The position numbers were made by a program, and so were the translations under genes. A stretch of 62,937 nt of DNA, taken from assembly GCF_001194135.2 (NCBI RefSeq), contig NC_068983.1:167559501-167622437 (forward strand), written 5' to 3'. Below are positions 36,792-50,392 of this stretch, piece by piece; within the stretch, counting starts at the first letter, position 1, and every line of letters begins with the position of its first letter. The DNA is from Octopus bimaculoides. Lineage: Eukaryota. The notes beneath the pieces were generated by a model. That model was not told the origin of the DNA. It searched no databases and saw only the letters and a list, made by a program, of their open reading frames with translations.

Positions 36792-36876
36792 TTAACACAA
36801 AGCGCGACGGATCACGATCGTGGCCGTCAGGTACAGGTCGATAGGCCACGATCGTGACCCAGATAGATGCGTTTAA
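36792..36876. mobile_element. Possible TTAA-flanked (piggyBac-like) mini-MITE
   Basis: Perfect 14-bp inverted repeat TCACGATCGTGGCC (36812-36825) / GGCCACGATCGTGA (36844-36857), with TTAA 16 and 15 nt outside each arm. Confidence 0.45.
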
Positions 36877-37778
36877 TTCATGGGGTCTAATGTCACTCAG
36901 ACGCTCCGATACCCCCTCCCAGAATGCAAGAGGACTAATTGTTCAACTAATGACTTTTCAGATGATGTAAAACTTGCCACCATTATGTACTAAGATGATA
37001 TTTTAACTATTTTCTGTTTTTTTTTATATATGTGCATGGTAATCTCATTTTCATAAAATGTGCTCAGCAGTCCATGCTATGTAAGTGCAAATCCCAGCGC
37101 TTTATGGCTTAATTATTCAATAGAAGTTAGAGCCATTAACAACAAATACACGAGACAATTACTTTTCTGCGTAATTATGGCCTTTTCGTTGCATTCGGCC
37201 TTTTTGCCATCTTTCGTGTTTAGACCTAGAAAGTACCTGATTTTGATAAGAAACCATATGTTTTCTCAGATTCCCTATTTTCCTCAATGAATGTTATGAA
37301 ATCCACAAAGTGGAGGCGCTTGAACGAAAATGGGTTTATTTTATTCGATATTACTCATTTAGGAATTCTAAGGGGATTGAGGATTCTATTGACCGACACA
37401 TGATCGTATCAGCAGATATTTTGTCATGGATTGCGAATTAGCAGAATCAAGTTTTTGTACGTCTCGAGTTCGAATCCAACCATAGTGGACTTTCTTTTTC
37501 ATTCTTTCATGGTCGCCAAAACAAACTATCAAACAAGTACCGAGTCTTCCGTAAAAATCATTAATTTACCATTGAACAGTCCTGAAAAAAAAAAAAAAAA
37601 AAAAAATGTTTTCAGTTATCTCCCTTGGATGAGCTACTCTCCACACATCAGTTACCTCCCCTATGTTTACCACTCTCCGTGCAGGCATTCTACCTTCGCC
37701 AGTTTTTTTTTTCTACGATTTATCGATCTCTCTTGATTTATCGTTCTCTCTTCAGATCTCTTCCGTGAATCACTTGCC

Positions 37779-37831
37779 ATGGCCGATGAACTGGATATCT
37801 TATCTAAATTGGAAAGTCTCAAAGAACTCAG
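37779..37831 (+). CDS. ZC4H2: ZC4H2 exon 1 (MADELDILSKLESLKELR)
   Basis: GCCATGG context, 53 nt, donor AG|GTAATA. Matches human MADEQEIMCKLESIKEIR. Confidence 0.93.
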
Positions 37832-38647
37832 GTAATAAACATTATTTCTCTTTACACGAAGCTTCTTTTTGCTGTTTACATTTTCCTTCATCACCAACAA
37901 CAACCATTTATAATTGCTTCGATGACAAATTAGCAACGAACCTGGATCAGCGGATGTTTCTCTTCCCGTTGTTTTATTAATTCTCTTGTGGTGACCGTCG
38001 AACCAGTCAAAAGTTCTTAACCAACCCACTCCGTTTGTCATGAAGTTTCCATCCTTTGACAGATTCGTTTATTACATTTTTCAATGTATGAAAGCCACAA
38101 CGCCTCACCCCCCCCCCATCCAATAATCTCTCTCTCTCTCTGCCTCTCCTTCTATTAATTATTCTAACAGATTTATCTGATTCATAAGCTTTCTTATGCT
38201 GCTGACGAGAAGAGTAAACATAATGAACGATCGAAGATTTACTTTTTTAACATTTGATTTTAAGAAAAGAAAAGAAATAAAGAAAACAAAGAATAAGTTA
38301 ATTTTCTTAAAACCTAAAATGATACAAATTCACCAGCTCAAAAATAAAGTCTTAGTTATTTATCTAAACCGTTTTTGTTTTAATTATCTGGAATTTGGCA
38401 ATAATAATAATAATAATAATAATAAGAAGAAGAAGAATTTCTTTTATAAAATAATATAAACTGGTAGTTGAGCTGAAATTTCAAAGATAACATCGGCTAA
38501 CGAAGAAAAAGAAACTATTTTCGTATTGATAGTAAATCGCTACAGATTAAGGAGTTCCGAGTCTGTCGATCGTTTCAATTCCTTGTTATAACCATTTATA
38601 TTTATTCTGCCAATAATGTCTTGGAGCTAACAAAAGAGTCTCTGCAT

Positions 38648-38780
38648 CAGTAGTATAGCTAGGGGTGGGGACAATGGAGGCAATCTGCCCCGAGCGGCAC
38701 ATTTGGGTCTACTGTATGAGCCTGTATAGAAGATGGCTGTGTGCGGGGCTGCCTCGGGTGGCGCACTTGCTATGTCAGTG
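38648..38780. mobile_element. Short hAT-like MITE remnant (CAGTGGCGTAGC-type ends)
   Basis: 5' end CAGTAGTATAGCTAG and 3' end CTTGCTATGTCAGTG are degenerate inverted ends. No clear TSD. Confidence 0.4.
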
Positions 38781-39344
38781 CTCATTAAATGTACGATTTA
38801 TGGTTTTAGAAAATCTTTATTAATGTTAGAGCATCTTGAAAAATAATTTTTTTTACACATATGTATAATTAATAAAACAGGTTAATCACTAGTTTTCTGC
38901 ATTTTTTTAAAAAGTATTTTATAAAACTTTCTGTGTGAGATATGTCAGTAGTTGTTGTTTGATCTTCAATGCCCCACAACTAGATAAACGCTTGAGAAAC
39001 ACTGCATGAAATAGATGCTAGAAATAGATGTCAAATTCTCATAAATTAAACTACCTTTTTTAAAAGAAAAGAATAGTACATTTAGAAAAATACGGGATGG
39101 TCCCGGCGGGGCACCTTTGATCAGAGCTGATCTAAAACTAAACAGCAACAATACCTTTGAGACAGTTTTAAGCATGAGATGGATCTCAACTCTCTCTTTG
39201 ACTAATCATCATCGTTTAACGTCCGTTTTCCATGCTGGCATGGATTGGACGGTTTGACTGGGGACTGGCAAACCAGGAAGCTGTACCAGGCTCCAATCTG
39301 ATCTGGCAATATTTGTTCCTGTGTAAGAAATTATTATAATATTA

Positions 39345-39573
39345 GGCGGCGAGCTGGCAGAAATGTTAGCACGCCGGGCGAAATGCTTAGCGGTATTTCG
39401 TCTGCCGTTACGTTCTGAGTTCAAATTCCGCCGAGGTCGACTTTGTCTTTCATGCTTTCAGGGTCGATAAATTAAGTACCAGTTACGTACTGGGGTCGAT
39501 GTAATCGACTTAATCCCTTTGTCTGTCCTTGTTTGTCCCCTCTATGTTTAGCCCCTTGTGGGCAATAAGGAAA
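39345..39573 (+). mobile_element. Second tRNA-derived SINE family, well-preserved copy
   Basis: GGCGGCGAGCTGGCAGAAATGTTAGCACGCCGGGCG...TTCTGAGTTCAAATTCCGCCGAGGTCGACTTTG...; degenerate copies at ~14760, ~26740 and ~56900-57130. Confidence 0.8.
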
Positions 39574-40342
39574 TTATTATTTTCAGGCTAAATTAGTAAT
39601 GGAGCTGGTTTAATGAATGTTAAACACTGGATTAGAGTTCAAATCCAGCCTGGTTTGACTCTGGAGCTGATATAGTAAATATACAAGATTTCATAAATTA
39701 GAGAGAAAAGAAGAATATGCATTTTCTTGTCACAAAAAAATATTGATTTTGTTGCTGATCAAAATAAACCAATACTTTACAGCCAAATAAGGCCATTTAT
39801 GTTATTGATTTGATTATGAAATCAAAATGCACAGATTAATATGGAGAGATGAGATATTTAAGATATTGAATATATTGGTTTCTAATTTGGCACAAGACCA
39901 ATGAATTAGCAGGGGGAGCAGGGAAGTTGATTACATCAACCCCCAGTGTGCAGTTGGTAAAAAAAAAAAAATCATCCAACTAGTTTTCATAGTTTTCCAT
40001 ATTCCCAATCTCCTCCTCTCACAACATTTATATGGATAACTAATGTCATGACCCATTTTGTGTTTGTTTATAAAATCATTATTTTGTATTGAAATGTAGC
40101 ATTTGTATAATTGTGGTTGTGTTCCAGCATTCAGTTTGAGAATTTCTCTTTCAAATAACATTTTTCTCTCAGAGGGATTGCCTAACAAACATTTTTAAAT
40201 ACCCCACTATCAATATTGATGTATCAGTCAGTTAATTTGTTTACATTTAAACATTATGTAAAATGTTGTAGATTTTGGCAGTGATGGTGCCGTTCCAACT
40301 TTGAGTGACTGTTTTAAATATATATTTGGCATCCACTTTCAG

Positions 40343-40514
40343 GGGCAGAAGTATTCATCTTGAGAAAATCAAAAGCCGTCTGAAGCAGGAGTTCGATATT
40401 ACAGAATGTGAAGAACAATGTCTTGAAGAATATAAGCAAGAGATGGAATTATTACTTCAGGAAAAGATGGCACATGTTGAAGAATTACGACTTATTCATG
40501 CAGACATTAACTTG
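40343..40514 (+). CDS. ZC4H2: ZC4H2 exon 2 ([17 protein letters not shown]...[22 protein letters not shown])
   Basis: Acceptor TTTCAG, donor TTG|GTTTGT, 172 nt. Diagnostic [18 protein letters not shown]. Confidence 0.97.
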
Positions 40515-41621
40515 GTTTGTAAATTGTTTCTTGGTTACTAGAAACAAGAAGAATCCACATTTCTTAAATTTTCTATCCTATTCTGTTTTTAAACTTTAAT
40601 CATTTGAAAGATATAGCATTGTGGAACAAAGTTTTCTTTTCTGATTAGTTTAATGCCTTTCTTTTACAAAACACTCACGTAGGAAATAAGAATGACACTG
40701 GTTGTCCGCTAGATAGTAATAAGAGCAGCTTACTTTTACTTTTAGTACTATACTATGATTTGATGGTGTGGTTCTCCTGGCCATTACTGAGGAGTTTAAG
40801 ATTTGCTGTCTTTGCAGTACTTCTGTATATTGATGATCTTGTTCTCATAGCTTAATCTATCAAAGAATTTGAAAACACGTTTGAAATGTGGCAGTGAAAC
40901 CAAGAATTGAGAAATATAAATATTCTAAAGAAGACTTTTAAGCAATGCAGGTGAAAAGCTCGGCAAAATATTGAAAGTGCTGTCAATAGATAATAACAAC
41001 AAAGACAAGATATTGTATTATGCTGCTTAGATTATTTAAGGCTTCTATAAGGAGTTTGGAGAAAAGTGTTATTATGGGCAGGTCATTCTGATATATTCAA
41101 CAACATTAAACAAACTCTGTAACATGATACAATTTCTTNNNNNNNNNNTCTTACTTTGTCTTCATTTATTGGCATCACCTTACCTATCTTGCCTGATTTC
41201 TCACATTATTTAAAGCTTTTCTTAGAAATATATTATTTACAAATAGCAGTAAATTATAATGTTTTATAATTGAGAGGTTTTAAAGTAAACCTCACAAATA
41301 CAAGATTTAGTTAACAATGAAGAAAACAAGATTATTGATACCAAGAAGGCAACCATGCTTTTATGTGCAGAAAAGCAGTTGATAAGAAGACTGTATTTTG
41401 AATCCAATATAAACAATGGATACACAAGAGATGTAGTGCGATCAGAGGCAGGCTGGGACAGAAAAGGTAGACTTTGGATGTGAATTGGAGTAGTTAACAA
41501 AAACAGTACACAAGTTAATTAATCTTTAGAATAATATATTTTATTTTCATCTTTACTTTTATTTTTTTAATAATTTTTGAATTTTATTTTACTTTTTTTT
41601 CTATTTGTGTTTTGATTATAG

Positions 41622-41794
41622 ATGGAAACAACGATCAAACAAGCTGAAGAGGAGCGAAATAAGGCACTAGATTCTACAAAGAGACTCTATGAAGAATATA
41701 CACCTCTTAAGGATGAAGTAGATAATTTAAGATTGTCTGTTGGACTAGAAAAGTTACCAGATCTGCAAGACGAGGAAGAAAAACTCACTCCAGA
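41622..41794 (+). CDS. ZC4H2: ZC4H2 exon 3 ([58 protein letters not shown])
   Basis: Acceptor TATAG, donor GA|GTAAGC, 173 nt. Not in the ORF track because it is shorter than the cutoff. Confidence 0.96.
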
Positions 41795-42679
41795 GTAAGC
41801 ATTGCATGTTTTGGCTTTCTCATATCTGTTATTAATTGTTATATTTTAAAATTCAGGACTGAATTTTACTTTCATGTGAATGCATGGTCTTTTATTTTAA
41901 TCCTTTGAAATTATCCTATGAAGAAGAGACTGACTCCTAATTAACAACCAAAGCCCTATCATTGGGATTTCCACATAAACAACTGTTGCATACTACACTT
42001 TAGACAAGTCTTCAGTATTTTTACTGTTCTGCTTAAAGTCTGAATTTGGTGAATATATGTCAGATGAAGCTTTCTCTTGCCTTAAATCTTAGCTTTTTAA
42101 AGATTACTGTTTCTAAGTAAGTAATCTTTCCCTGTTGCCAGACATGTTTTCGCAGGATATTAGAAATGAATGACAGTGACACTCGTTAACAACTATTGTA
42201 ATACCATGACACAGAGATAAACACATACATACATACACATACACGCATAAATTATAGCTGTTCACTTGTGACTAATGAAGGTCATCACTGACCATTATGA
42301 ATCCTGTAAACTCAGACAAATTTACACTTTACACTTGTGGCTTTGCTGGTGACTAATAAGCTCAGCCCTTGATAAACATCCACAGATATTACAGACCAAG
42401 CTCCCCCCCTCCTTCACTGCACAGGTTGTTGTGCGCTTTTGAGCAGCTAATTGAAATTCTGCATGGAAAATGCGTATTTCTTTCAAAAACACCAACTCCT
42501 TCCTTTACTTGTTTCTTCCATTGGTGGTGTTAACAAGCATTGCTTTCACAACTGACTTCCCATGCTTTCAACGAGGATCTTACACAATCCTTAAATCATA
42601 GTCTTGATTTCTGCTGGGGTTGCTCTCCACANNNNNNNNNNNNNNNNNNNNNNNNNNNNNNNNNNNNNNNNNNGCCGGT

Positions 42680-43200
42680 GCACCATTGTTTCACTGCTCA
42701 GGACGTCTGTTCTTTTGTTTAAGAGTTCTGTTCATGGAGTCTGCAGGACCAGCCAACATTCAGAACATGTCTGAGACATCTCTGATGGAAGCATCCAAGG
42801 TCTTCTACATGATGCCAGTAAAGGCTCCATGTCTCGTATGAGTAAATGAGTGATGCCAGAATATGCACAGCAACTTTTGTTTGCCTTGTGATGCCAGGTT
42901 GGGACCAGATATAAGACTGAAGAGCCCTGAAGGAATCAGTTACCTTCTGAAGCCTTTCAGGTATTTCATCATCCAAGGAGCAAGAACAGCTGAGTGTGCT
43001 GCCCAGGTAGACAAACTTGTCTACCACTTTCGGTACTTTTCCTTCAACTAAGATGGTTTCACATCGTAGCACAGGATGGAACATTACGACAGATTTGTCC
43101 AGGCTAATGCTAAGTCCAAATGCCTTGCAGGATGAAGAAATATGATCCATGAAAATTTGCATATCGTAACCTGTAGGAGCAACTAAGTTGCAGTCATCAA
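42680..43200 (-). mobile_element. BovB-like RTE RT fragment in ZC4H2 intron 3
   Basis: LYIDDCNLVA...FGLSISLDKSVVM...VDKFVYLGSTLS...ILASLIYSYETW...FHQRCLR. Confidence 0.85.
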
Positions 43201-44969
43201 TATACAGGCACACACAGACAGAGCCAGCTTCTTTCTATTTTCTTCAACCAAATCCACTCACAAGGCTTTGGTCAGCCCACAGCTATTGTGGAAGATACTT
43301 ACTCATGGTGCCATGCAGTGGGACTGAACTCAAAACCATGTGGTTGGGAAGCAAACTTCTTAACCACATAGCTGTGACTCATCCGAGCCATGGCTTGGAC
43401 GAAACAAAATTTAAACAAAAAAAAGATTTCGTATAGATTTAAACAGCAACGAATGTATAGATTCCCATATTGAAATGGAGAAAAGTGTTGCAAACTTTCA
43501 TTATTTTGTTTTATTTACTGATTAAATGTGTATACATGTTAAATGCTTCTTTTTCTTTAACTGGAAACTCTTTTTAAAATCATAAATTTTTTCGTACTAT
43601 AGATAACCTAGTTCAATATTGATTATGGTGTTATTATCTAACTGCATTCTAAGAATCAAAGAGTAGTGTTTAGCATCAATTTCAAACCATTAAGTAAATG
43701 AAAGACTGATACTGTGGTTCCTGTCCCCTAAAGAAAGCTCCATGAACTGTGTCGACTAAAGAGTTCTGGTCAGAAACACCATTGAAATCCCTATTCTTGT
43801 TGATGACTGTGGACAACCGGATCACTCAACCATTGTCCCCTCTATCAGTGTAATTCTATGAATCTAGCTGGAGTATCTTTTGACTAAGATTTTCTCATCC
43901 ACATGAAGAATAATATTCTTGTTGTCCTTTGTTTTTCATATTCATGCTTCATTGCCTGGCTCCTAAAATACTTCAGATTTGGAGGTGATGTGTGGAGGAA
44001 CTAAACCAAAACAATTATTTCTTAAAATTAATTTTTGTTCATATTTTAAAGTTAATACTGTGGAGTTGACATTTAGTTTTTCATTTGTTGGCTTCATTTT
44101 TTTGGTTATGAGTTTGTCAATTCTTTTACCATATTTCATAGCATATGTCTTGCACTTTTACTCCCTAAAATGTGTGCAAAAAAAATCACCTTGGGTTCTA
44201 TATGCAAAGTTGGACCTCCCATAAGCTAATTTTGTCAATAGCATTCTCTTTTCTGTATTCACTGCTGAAATGAGAGTGCTTTCATCTGATATGCCCATGC
44301 CTCTTTTATGCCATTAAATATGGATATGTTGCTGGGTTATTTTTTTTCTTTTTGAAAAACAAAAATGAAACAACCGTCTTTCTACTCGTCAACGTAAGTG
44401 ATGTTTATTCATCCTTTACTAAACTAACTGATTTTATCATTCATGAGTTCAATCTGATATGGATTGATTATTTAGCAAATATAATTGAAATTAACCTTTG
44501 TAAACTTCTGTTCATATTTAATTTTATTAACTCATTTCAAAGAATGGAAAATTGATGAACAATTGGTTGAAGAAATGTATTTAAGAGAATGGCAAATATT
44601 TGGGGGAAATTGATGAAAGAAATATTTAAATGAGTAGCAGTGTTGCTGAGAAAATATGTAGTGTGTTCTTTAGCATTTAAACCAGCCATATCTGGCCCAA
44701 ATATTCTACCTATTTCATGTTTTAACTGGCCAGATCTGGCCTCTTATACTTACCCTACCATGTCATTCAAAAATATATAACCACATCATTGAAATTTCAA
44801 AGTTATTGGATAATGTTTCATTAATTCAAAACAATTTGGCAGAACATCCTGAATGCTAAAGTGTTTAAGAAAAGGACAAAAATACATATTTAGAAATTAA
44901 TTCAAAAAGTTTATTATTTTCATTAGTCTGAAGTTTAGGAATAAAATTGTTAAAATGATTGTCTTGCAG

Positions 44970-45126
44970 ATATTTTGAGAAACAGAATGTTGAATGGCAG
45001 TCAGAAAGTGTTGAATCTTCATTGCCACAGTCGTTGGCAGTTGCTGCTGCAGCTGCACAACAAATTCAAGTCCCTCGCAATAAAAATGAACGCCAGACAT
45101 TCCGTCAGCAGCCACCACCAATGAAG
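44970..45126 (+). CDS. ZC4H2: ZC4H2 exon 4 ([12 protein letters not shown]...[12 protein letters not shown]...[10 protein letters not shown])
   Basis: Acceptor TTGCAG, donor AAG|GTAAAA, 157 nt. Confidence 0.96.
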
Positions 45127-45599
45127 GTAAAACTTTGTATTCACCAAATTTCTGTTGAAACAATCAGTTCTAGAAAATTCTTTTAGTCAATCAATGGATG
45201 TAAGCATAGCTGTGTGATTAACAAGTCAGTCTGGCAACTACAACGTTCCAGGTTTGATGCTGTTCTGTGGCATCTTGGGCACAGTTATGAGTTAAACAGT
45301 ACTTTTTTGTGTAGAATTTAGGAGACAGAAAATGTATGTGTGTGTATATATATATATATATATATGTGAAAGTCTATGAGGATAACTGAATACAGTTTTT
45401 GAAGTGTAAAGGTGATTTTTTAATAAAAATTATTTAAAAAAAAAATATTATGAAATCGTTTATGAGGATGTTACTAACCTTTTTTGGGAAGAAGTTATTT
45501 TTCTAGTGTGTGAATGCTTTTGATAAACCTTTTCAAACACACGTGCTCTTAAAGAGGAAGTTGTTATTTTTGTGGTAGTGATAGTATTATTTCTGGACT

Positions 45600-47140
45600 T
45601 ATGGTTTTGGTCATAAATTTTTTTTACCAGTGTTTATTATATGGGGTGTTGGCTATTTTTGGTTTGATTTCAGATTTTAAATTTTTATAAAGAATTCTTC
45701 TTTTCTCTTTCAAAGTTGTAAATTTTTCATTTGCACAGATATCTAGATGTTCACTGCATGGGACATTCATAAAAGAGAATCCCTAATTTGTGGTTTATGC
45801 ACATTTGGTTAGTTTCCTTCCTGTCTCCTCAATGTAGTTTTCATTGCCTTGAAGGCATGTGATGCTGTAGATGAGGTTTTTTGTTTTCAAATTCAGAAAC
45901 AGTAATCCCGCTGTTAATATTATTTCAAGAGAGGTTAGTGTTAACAAAATTAATGTTAGTATTTTCATTAAGTGGATTTGTGTTTAACTACTTATTATTA
46001 TGTGAAGGATTTGTGAAAGATTTTTTGTTGGAAAAATCTATCCTGATTCGGTGTGAGTTAATAATCGAATAGTATCTTGAATTTCTTGGGAAATTCTTTT
46101 CTATAGCTTCACGAAACTGGTAAGGGAAGTTAGATTTGATCTGCTTACCATATGGAATTATTAACCAAACAGTTTTGCTAGGACATACCTTGTTACTAGG
46201 GTAATTATCCTTAAAAGTCTTTGATGTACCTTTATAATGAAAAAAAAGGGTCTTAAATAACGGTTATCTCCCTTAGACTGCAAAAATGCATTACTCGATT
46301 TCGTGTTGTTATTCGAAATAAAAAAAAAAATCGTTAATATCGTTACAACTTGATTTCATGTTCTGATTAATAGAGGTAGAATTAATGTCAATAGGGTTAA
46401 TACAGGTAATTTTTTCTTTATAGCCAGTTTTAAGTAAAGCAGAGTTATAAAATTCAGCTTTATTGTTGAAGATATCAACATTAGTAGATAATCTAGAAAG
46501 TCTATGTGAAATATTCCTGACTAAATTCTTTGTAATAGCCTTAGAATGATTACCGAAAGAGCTAATATATGTTGAGGGTTTATGGGAAATACGAATCCTT
46601 ATGCAAGTTAAGGGTAATATCCAAAAAGTTGGCTTTAGTTATATCATTGTCAAAAACAATGCTTAAGCCCACGTTTTGGAAAAATTTAACTAAGCTGCTC
46701 CTAACCCTTTGTAGTTTTTGGTTAGAAGCATTTTGAAGGTAGAGTAGACAATCATCATGATATAGATCTCCATTGATGTTTGGGAATTGGTCAGCCATCT
46801 CATTCCCATGGTGACATCAAAACTGTTGGGTGTATCTTTACAGACCCATAGCTTGTTATCAAATTTAATAATAGATTTTCTGGTGGCCAACACGACATTA
46901 ATTTCTTCCCTGGTGAGATTTGCTTTGTTACGAGCGAGCTAGAGTGCCTTGTTAAGTATGATTGGGTTGATGGAGGAATAGAAACGTCAAACTGGATAAA
47001 CTTCGTGCACTTCTTGTTATTAATAGAACTAAACCAGTCAACCACTTGGAATGAATTTGACCATAAATTAAGCTTTAATTTTTTAACTAGTCTTCTTACA
47101 TTGCACTTCCACAAAATATATCTACTTCCATGTATTTAAG
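45600..47140 (-). mobile_element. Penelope-like element (RT, linker and GIY-YIG), degenerate, in ZC4H2 intron 4
   Basis: Minus-strand FIQFDV, SFDVTMG, LYHDDCL, NFLDITLNL, linker VWLIIPYGKQIKSNF...IEKNFP, and NLIYSITCLQ.NENYIEETGRKL (GIY-YIG-like). Confidence 0.8.
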
Positions 47141-49290
47141 CTTTATTCCAGTTCACTTATCGCTCTGTATCTCTTCACTATTAGTTTTCTGCTAATTTCT
47201 TTCTTTCTCCTCCTTCTCTTTCTATAAACTACCTGTCACGTTATATCTACTTTTTTTTACAAAAAAACTTGATAGTGGTCCCTTCATATATGCAGTCATC
47301 ACATTCTGTTAAAATGTCTTATTGACATGTTGGGTTTCTTTCTTTCTCTGATGAGAAGATTGCATTGTTTTACACCATTTTATTCCTTCTGGAATAATAC
47401 TTACGTTGTCTTTGAAACATATGTCGGAAGTATAAAGATTTGAATAATACCTGCATTTAACTCCATTTATTTATCTGCTGCAAAATGGATTCTTCAAGTG
47501 AAGCCAAGTGGCAGGAGACCTAGGAGTAGAGCAAGAATGAGACAGATAATCTCCACAGTCTCAATTGGCCATTCTTATGGTGGTTGCTTCTGATAGGAGC
47601 CCACAGAAGAGGTACTTGAAGGTTCAATCTCCCAGGAATAGTGGCTGGAGATGGATGGATACACACACATTGACATTGTCATTCAACATACATTGGATGG
47701 TTTGATAGGATCTGATGGATCCAAGGAGCATATTGTGCTCCTTGGCATGGTTCCTATGACTTGGTGGGAGTGGCCTGGTTGGAGGTGGAAAGAGTTAAAA
47801 TTTGTGGTGAGGAGGTGTCTGTGGACATTCAGGGTCGAAAGGTGAGTGGAAGTGAATGGGGACAGAGAAGAAGAACAAGTGTCAGTGAGTAGGGGTTGGA
47901 AGAGTTTTGTGGGGAGAGATGACGAATGGGTGAGGAGGATAAATATGATGAATGAAGAACAAGGGTTGAGGAGTGGTTTATTATAGGAGGAAAGTAGTGA
48001 AAAGTAAGTGATAATTAGAAGTTGGGTAAGGTGGAGGGGAGAAGTGATCAATGATTCATATGAGTTGAAAGTAGGTAATGACTGGCAGCAGAGAAGCAGG
48101 TGAAGAGCAGCGGATGAGAGAAAGCAAGATGGATATGTAGGTAGGTAGTTGCAAGAGTATTCGGCAGAAGTAGATGTAGTGCATGAGTGTGAGAGATATA
48201 GAATGGCTGGAGAGAGAGATCGAATTACATTTCTTCTCGTATAAATAAGAAACAATTATAAGAAATAAATTTTGAATTTGTAAAATCTACAGTTGTTTTG
48301 TGGAGGAGAGAAGTTTCAAATTTTTTTTATATTGTTAGTTAATCTCTAAATCAAATGTTATAGCAGATTCCTGGTGTTTTGTCTACTAACAGAGAACAGT
48401 TTAAGGCATGAACTGAAGTAAAATCTTAACTGGAAACTAATATTAAATCTGATTTACATTTTAGTTTTTTGTAATTTAATGTCCTGGATAAGGGATCACT
48501 CATGTCGTTTGTTGATGAAGACTGTTGCTCTCCATGTGAACTGATGTGAATTGTAAAATTCAGTAAACATTGACACCATGAATGTACATTGTAACCACAT
48601 GATCCCACTGTCCTAGGGCCCTTTCCGGTCAAGAGGTGGACACTAAATGAAGGCATGTAGACTAGTAGTTCCACTCGTGATCTTAAGATTGCGGTTTTGA
48701 TTCCCAGACTAGGCAGTGCATTGTGTTCATGAGCAAAATACTTTATTCCATTCAGCTGTAACTGAGATGGGGAGTTAACCCTGTGAAGGACTGACATCCT
48801 ATACAGTGTATAATGGTGTAATCTCAGCCACTCAAATCCCTTCAAAACCAGGTTAAGCTCTGGCCTTAAAGAGTCCTAAGAATCACAACACACCTTGGTG
48901 TAAGTACAGTGGAACCTTGGTTTATGAACGTCTCTCATCTTGGACAAATTGGTTAATGAACAATTTTTCAAACATAGAATATCTCGGGTGATGATTAGTG
49001 TCTCAAGTAATGAACACACAAGAACAACAAACTGGGAGTATCAGCTGCAGAGCCCCAGTTGCTGTCTGGTTTTTGCTCTGTGCACATCCCTGCCTGAATT
49101 CAGTGTGATTTCTCTTGAATTTCCTAGAGGAAGAATAGTTTCAGTTTACAAACGACCTTCAGGAATGAATTCAATTTGTAAACCAAGCTTCAATTGTAAT
49201 GCCATATACATTCAAATTTGAGATTTAATTGAAACCAAATAAATATATTGCAGACAATATTTCATTTTTTAAACTTTTATTATATTTTAG

Positions 49291-49404
<114 letters not shown>

Positions 49405-49540
49405 ACTGGTTGTAACCAAATATCTCACCACTCTCAATTCCGTACCTCTATTTTATTCCATTCCCTCCATAGTTTCATGTCTTTCTATTATCTTCTCATC
49501 TTACATTTAAAGCATCTCATTTTTCTCACTCCATATTTAT

Positions 49541-49546
49541 AATAAA
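49541..49546 (+). terminator. Candidate polyadenylation signal of ZC4H2 (AATAAA)
   Basis: Canonical hexamer about 135 nt after the stop, followed by a U-rich tract. Confidence 0.55.
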
Positions 49547-49897
49547 AGTAATTTTTTTCCTCATACAATTTTGTTTTTCCTTATTTCTCATCTACAAGTG
49601 GGGCTGTGAGATGAAGAAGTTTTCCTCCCAGCCTTCAGTTTCAGTCCCACTGTGCAGCACCTTGGATAAGGATGCTTTATTATAGCCCTGGACTGACACT
49701 TGCCTAAGGTGTCACACAGTAAGATTGAACTCAAGACTACATGATTGTGAAGTGAACTTCTTAACCACACAGCCATGCCTCTAGCTGCCAGCATTTGAAT
49801 TTAAGTTTTTTACTCTCACATTCTGCTTTTAGTAGTGAACCAGCGAAAGTTTCTAGAAATTAATTTCTTAACTACAATGATGTACATATTATTTTTA

Positions 49898-50392
49898 ATA
49901 TGTTCCAGCTGATTGAAACATGAATTGCTAATCACTGTTGTATTTTGTCTTCAGCAAACAACAACTTTTAGATGATGTGTGTTCACAGCACACTTCATTG
50001 AGGTGAGTGGACTTTGAGACGTTTCAATCTGTTTTATGTCTCTTCAGTCAAAGCTACCTCACCTGGATTAATGAATCTAAACAAGAATTGTGGTTCCTCA
50101 TTATAGAATTCAACAAACAAATTGTTTACCGATGCTGGTTGATTTCTGCCAAAAACTGGTCAATTTGTTTGCTGATCTTTATAAACAACTCTTGTTTAGA
50201 TTCATTGATCCAGGTGAGGTAGCTTTAACTGAAGAAACTCTGCAAGGTCAGAACACAGCTGTGTCTCAAGGTCCTTTACATCAATGTATGGAGTTTGTTC
50301 TTGATCCAAATCATCTGAAAGGAGAAGTTGTTCACCAAAGACAAAATGTGGCAGCACTTAGCACATTCATGTCTGAATCTGCTGGAATGTAT
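49898..50392. repeat. Long imperfect inverted repeat (hairpin), arms ~230 nt, 36-nt loop
   Basis: 50042-50090 vs 50186-50234 match 46/49; 50102-50124 vs 50161-50183 match 19/23; weaker pairing continues outward. Confidence 0.9.
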
